The position numbers were made by a program, and so were the translations under genes. This document shows, piece after piece, positions 61,396 to 64,000 of a DNA stretch of 64,000 nt. The stretch comes from Bacteroidales bacterium (lineage in GTDB: Bacteria > Bacteroidota > Bacteroidia > Bacteroidales > GCA-2748055). The number at the start of each line of letters is the position of its first letter. Position 1 is the first letter of the stretch. The notes below the pieces were generated by a model. That model was not told where the DNA came from and did not search any database. It worked only from the letters and a program-made list of their open reading frames with translations. The stretch covers positions 422 to 64,421 of the forward strand of contig JAWOHR010000212.1 in NCBI GenBank assembly GCA_046485075.1, in the 5' to 3' direction.

Positions 61396-63634
61396 CCATG
61401 GTGTAATTCACCTCCTCCTTCAGGTCCGAATGGATCAGCAGGATATCTCTCCTTTCCACCCTGCCGTCAGCCAGGATCAGTTCCTGGTTGGTGTGTCTGC
61501 CGGGCGACTTGCTGAGAGCCGGATCACAAAAATGAGATATCACAGAAGTTCCCGGATTTTGACTGAAGAGACGGCTCACCTGGTTTCCCGAGACCTCTTT
61601 CTCCTTCAGGCCCCATAATTTTTCCGCAGTCCGGTTAAAAAAAAGGATAAAACCCATGTTGTTGATGGTGATAACCGGATGGGGTAACTCGTCCAGAATA
61701 TGGGTGTATCGTTTCACCTCTCTGTCAAACCTGGCTTTCTCCTCTTTACGCAACTGGTTCGAACCTTCCAGTTTTTTCTTTAAATCGAGGCCTGCCATTC
61801 TCAGCTCCTCCTCTTTTCGGATCAGCTGTTCATGATTCCTGCGCGATGCCAACTCCATCTCCTTTTCCTTGGTCACCTCGTTTGCCAGGAAGATCACTTT
61901 TTCCACCTCACCATATACATCGTTTGCTGAAAGGAATGTGGCCCTGAACCACAGTTCCTCCTCGTATTTTGATTGCATTCTCAATTGCCCCTGGAAAGCA
62001 TCACCCCTGATCACCTTTTCCCATATCTCAGTGAACCGCTCCTGATCCTCTGCACCGAAAAAATCAAAAACGTTCATCAGATCCAGTTCAATGTCGGTAT
62101 ACTTAAGTGTCCTGCTGAACAGTTTGTTGCTCATCAACAGTTTTCCTCCAGGGGTAAAAACGGCTTTTAAATTAAGCCGGTCAATGGCCTGGATCTGACC
62201 CTCAAAATCCAGACTCTGTTTTTTCTGCTCGGTGGAATCCATGGCCAGGAAAAGGATCTTTTCCACCTCACCGTCATCACGTCTCACACAGGTGTAGGAC
62301 GCCATGGTCCAAAGATCCTGACCCAACTTGGTTTCATGTTTCATGTAACCCTCATAGTGTCTTCCACCCTTGGCCAGCTTGTTCCACATACCATTGAACC
62401 ATGGCCGCTCATTTTCATTGATGAACATGGTGATATGCTTGCCCTCCACTTCCCGGTTACCCTGGTACCCCAGTTTCTTCAGAAATCTGGTATTGGCGTA
62501 AAGCAGTTTCCCTTCAGCATCATACTCTGCACGCATCAGGGTATGATTTACAGTGTTGGTAAAACTGATAAAAATTTCTGCATTGAGGGCAGCCTCTTCC
62601 TGTGTACGTTTTAGCGCCTCCATGTTTTGTTTCATCTGTTCATCCTGTACCACAAGCCTGGCAGCCTGAGCCTGGGTCTCCTTCAGCAACTGCTCTGTCC
62701 TGAGTTTACTTTCCATGGTATGAAGTGTGGTGGCGATATTTTCAGCCACCCTTGCCACAAATTGAAGCTGATGTTCCTCCAGGTTTTTGAAGGAGGCGAT
62801 TTCGATAATCCCGAATACCTGGTTATTCCAGATGAAGGGTTCTATAAGCAGGTAAGTTGGATTGGCCTTTCCCAGTCCGGATGTTATGGTGAGATAACCA
62901 TCCGGAATTTTATCGGTATAGAAGCCTTTCCTCTCCAGGACCACTGCGCCAATGAGACCATCCCCCCAGGAAATTTTTTTATCCGGAAATTTTTTTCTTT
63001 CATAAGCATGACAGGCGATCATATGGAGCTGTTTCTCCTCCTCATTGTTAAGGTAGATAGCACCCTGGTTGGCACCCAGATATCTTACCAGGCCCGAAAG
63101 GGCAGCATAGGCCATCGACTCCGGATCACTGGTATGTGTTCTGAGGATATCCCCGAATTCGGCCAGACCCTGCGATACCCAGTTCCTCTGACGCTCCTCC
63201 TGGTGCCTCTGACGTTCTATCTCCCGGTTCCTGACCAGGGTATCCTTCAGTTTATTAAGAGATTCAGAAAGGGTCTGGTCTGCATCGGCATGGGCAAATG
63301 AAGTATTCAGGTCACCAGCAATCAAGGCATGGGTAAATCGCCTGATCTCCTGGTTCTTGTCAGTCTCGTTCTGAACTTTGGTAGCGAAGGCATCCATCTG
63401 TCTGAACCTCCAGTTTCCCACAAGAGCACCGATAAGGGTTCCCGCCAGGGGAAATATATCATACATATAAAGGAACCAGAGTCTTCGATGAAGGCTGCCA
63501 ATAACCTGGAAGCTGAATGATTCATCAAAAGATATGAAAAGGATCAGGTAAATTGAAAGGAGAATGGCAAAACCAAGTGACAGTCCAAGCGCACCGTAAC
63601 GGATGATCATCTCCCTTTTATTCAGTTCCCCCAT
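61376..63634 (-). CDS. membrane sensor protein: 2 TM + coiled coil + GAF + three PAS-like domains, with no recognisable output domain
   Basis: TM helices at the N-terminus. GAF-like block (GAIYLNNEEEKQLHMIACHAY...VFGIIEIASF). Three PAS-like blocks of about 110 aa separated by coiled coils. The protein ends right after the third PAS block. Confidence 0.75.
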   Translation of the reverse strand: MGELNKREMIIRYGALGLSLGFAILLSIYLILFISFDESFSFQVIGSLHRRLWFLYMYDIFPLAGTLIGALVGNWRFRQMDAFATKVQNETDKNQEIRRFTHALIAGDLNTSFAHADADQTLSESLNKLKDTLVRNREIERQRHQEERQRNWVSQGLAEFGDILRTHTSDPESMAYAALSGLVRYLGANQGAIYLNNEEEKQLHMIACHAYERKKFPDKKISWGDGLIGAVVLERKGFYTDKIPDGYLTITSGLGKANPTYLLIEPFIWNNQVFGIIEIASFKNLEEHQLQFVARVAENIATTLHTMESKLRTEQLLKETQAQAARLVVQDEQMKQNMEALKRTQEEAALNAEIFISFTNTVNHTLMRAEYDAEGKLLYANTRFLKKLGYQGNREVEGKHITMFINENERPWFNGMWNKLAKGGRHYEGYMKHETKLGQDLWTMASYTCVRRDDGEVEKILFLAMDSTEQKKQSLDFEGQIQAIDRLNLKAVFTPGGKLLMSNKLFSRTLKYTDIELDLMNVFDFFGAEDQERFTEIWEKVIRGDAFQGQLRMQSKYEEELWFRATFLSANDVYGEVEKVIFLANEVTKEKEMELASRRNHEQLIRKEEELRMAGLDLKKKLEGSNQLRKEEKARFDREVKRYTHILDELPHPVITINNMGFILFFNRTAEKLWGLKEKEVSGNQVSRLFSQNPGTSVISHFCDPALSKSPGRHTNQELILADGRVERRDILLIHSDLKEEVNYTMVILSPQ

Positions 63635-63701
63635 TCTATTGTGACTGCAAGCACTAAATTTAGTTAATAATTTCTATTTTTATCACGCTCAATTTCTTTC
63701 C

Positions 63702-64000
63702 ATGCCCAACCTGCGAATACTCATCGTTGACGATATTTACTCCAACAGATACCTTCTGTCAGAACTTGTTAAAATGACCGGCAATGAAGTAGTGCTGGCT
63801 CAAAACGGGGAGGAGGCGATCCGTATTCTTGAAAACCAGGAGATTGACCTGGTATTTATGGATATAGAGATGCCTGTGATGAATGGAATTGAGACTACCC
63901 TGTACATCCGGAAGGAAATGCCTTTTCCGAATAACGCTTTACCTATCATTGCCCTGACCGCGCACAATCCGGAGCTCTTTTTTGAAGATTTCTCTGATGT
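63702..64000 (+). CDS. response regulator receiver domain protein (3'-truncated by the window edge)
   Basis: Translated by hand from the ATG at 63702: MPNLRILIVDDIYSNRYLL...IDLVFMDIEMPVMNGIE...IIALTAH. This gives the acidic DD pair, a phospho-acceptor Asp context and a conserved Thr. It is absent from the ORF track because it runs off the window end. Confidence 0.85.
   Translation, partial: MPNLRILIVDDIYSNRYLLSELVKMTGNEVVLAQNGEEAIRILENQEIDLVFMDIEMPVMNGIETTLYIRKEMPFPNNALPIIALTAHNPELFFEDFSD

Noticed and set aside
62627-63301. 224-aa + strand ORF inside the GAF-PAS sensor gene
   Set aside because: It is antisense to the GAF domain coding region and has no family resemblance, so it is a shadow ORF.
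1-64000. Search for mobile elements, phage or defence islands, CRISPR arrays, tRNA/rRNA genes and toxin-antitoxin pairs
   Set aside because: None of the ORF translations resembles a transposase, integrase, recombinase, Cas, restriction enzyme or abortive-infection protein. The intergenic regions are short, the longest being about 270 nt at 2071-2344, and I could not recognise any tRNA-like or array-like structure in them by eye. A covariance-model scan (tRNAscan-SE, Infernal/Rfam) would be needed to exclude small RNAs.

Overview
This is a 64-kb chromosomal segment that looks like Bacteroidota. The pointers are TAnnTTTG-type -7 promoter boxes, a MoxR/DUF58/BatA-E aerotolerance operon, flexirubin-type pigment genes, LVIVD and DUF3078-like envelope proteins, and tight operons with overlapping stop/start codons. 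I call about 62 protein-coding genes. I saw no rRNA, tRNA, CRISPR array, transposase or integrase.

Layout:
- 1-13.8 kb: housekeeping and envelope genes (partial ABC ATPase, glycosyltransferase, argS, TPR protein, folD, ffh, LVIVD propeller, nhaA).
- 13.9-39.1 kb: a roughly 25-kb aryl-polyene/flexirubin-type, type II FAS/PKS-like pigment-lipid gene cluster. It forms two divergent operons that share one 141-bp control region (26671-26811). This is the main accessory system in the window.
- 39.1-47.6 kb: mixed genes (CBM-like lipoprotein, PiT phosphate transporter, TPR protein, orphan phosphosulfolactate synthase, DUF368, aroE, acyl-ACP thioesterase, truA).
- 47.7-60.5 kb: an unbroken run of 14 co-directional genes. 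The Bat aerotolerance operon runs directly into a methanogen-type sulfide-dependent homocysteine module (DUF39, NIL-ferredoxin, UPF0280) and then cstA.
- 60.5-64 kb: acylphosphatase, glutathione peroxidase, an output-less TM-GAF-PAS3 sensor and a divergent response regulator cut by the window end.

All functional calls come from motif recognition by eye in the supplied translations. No database search was run.
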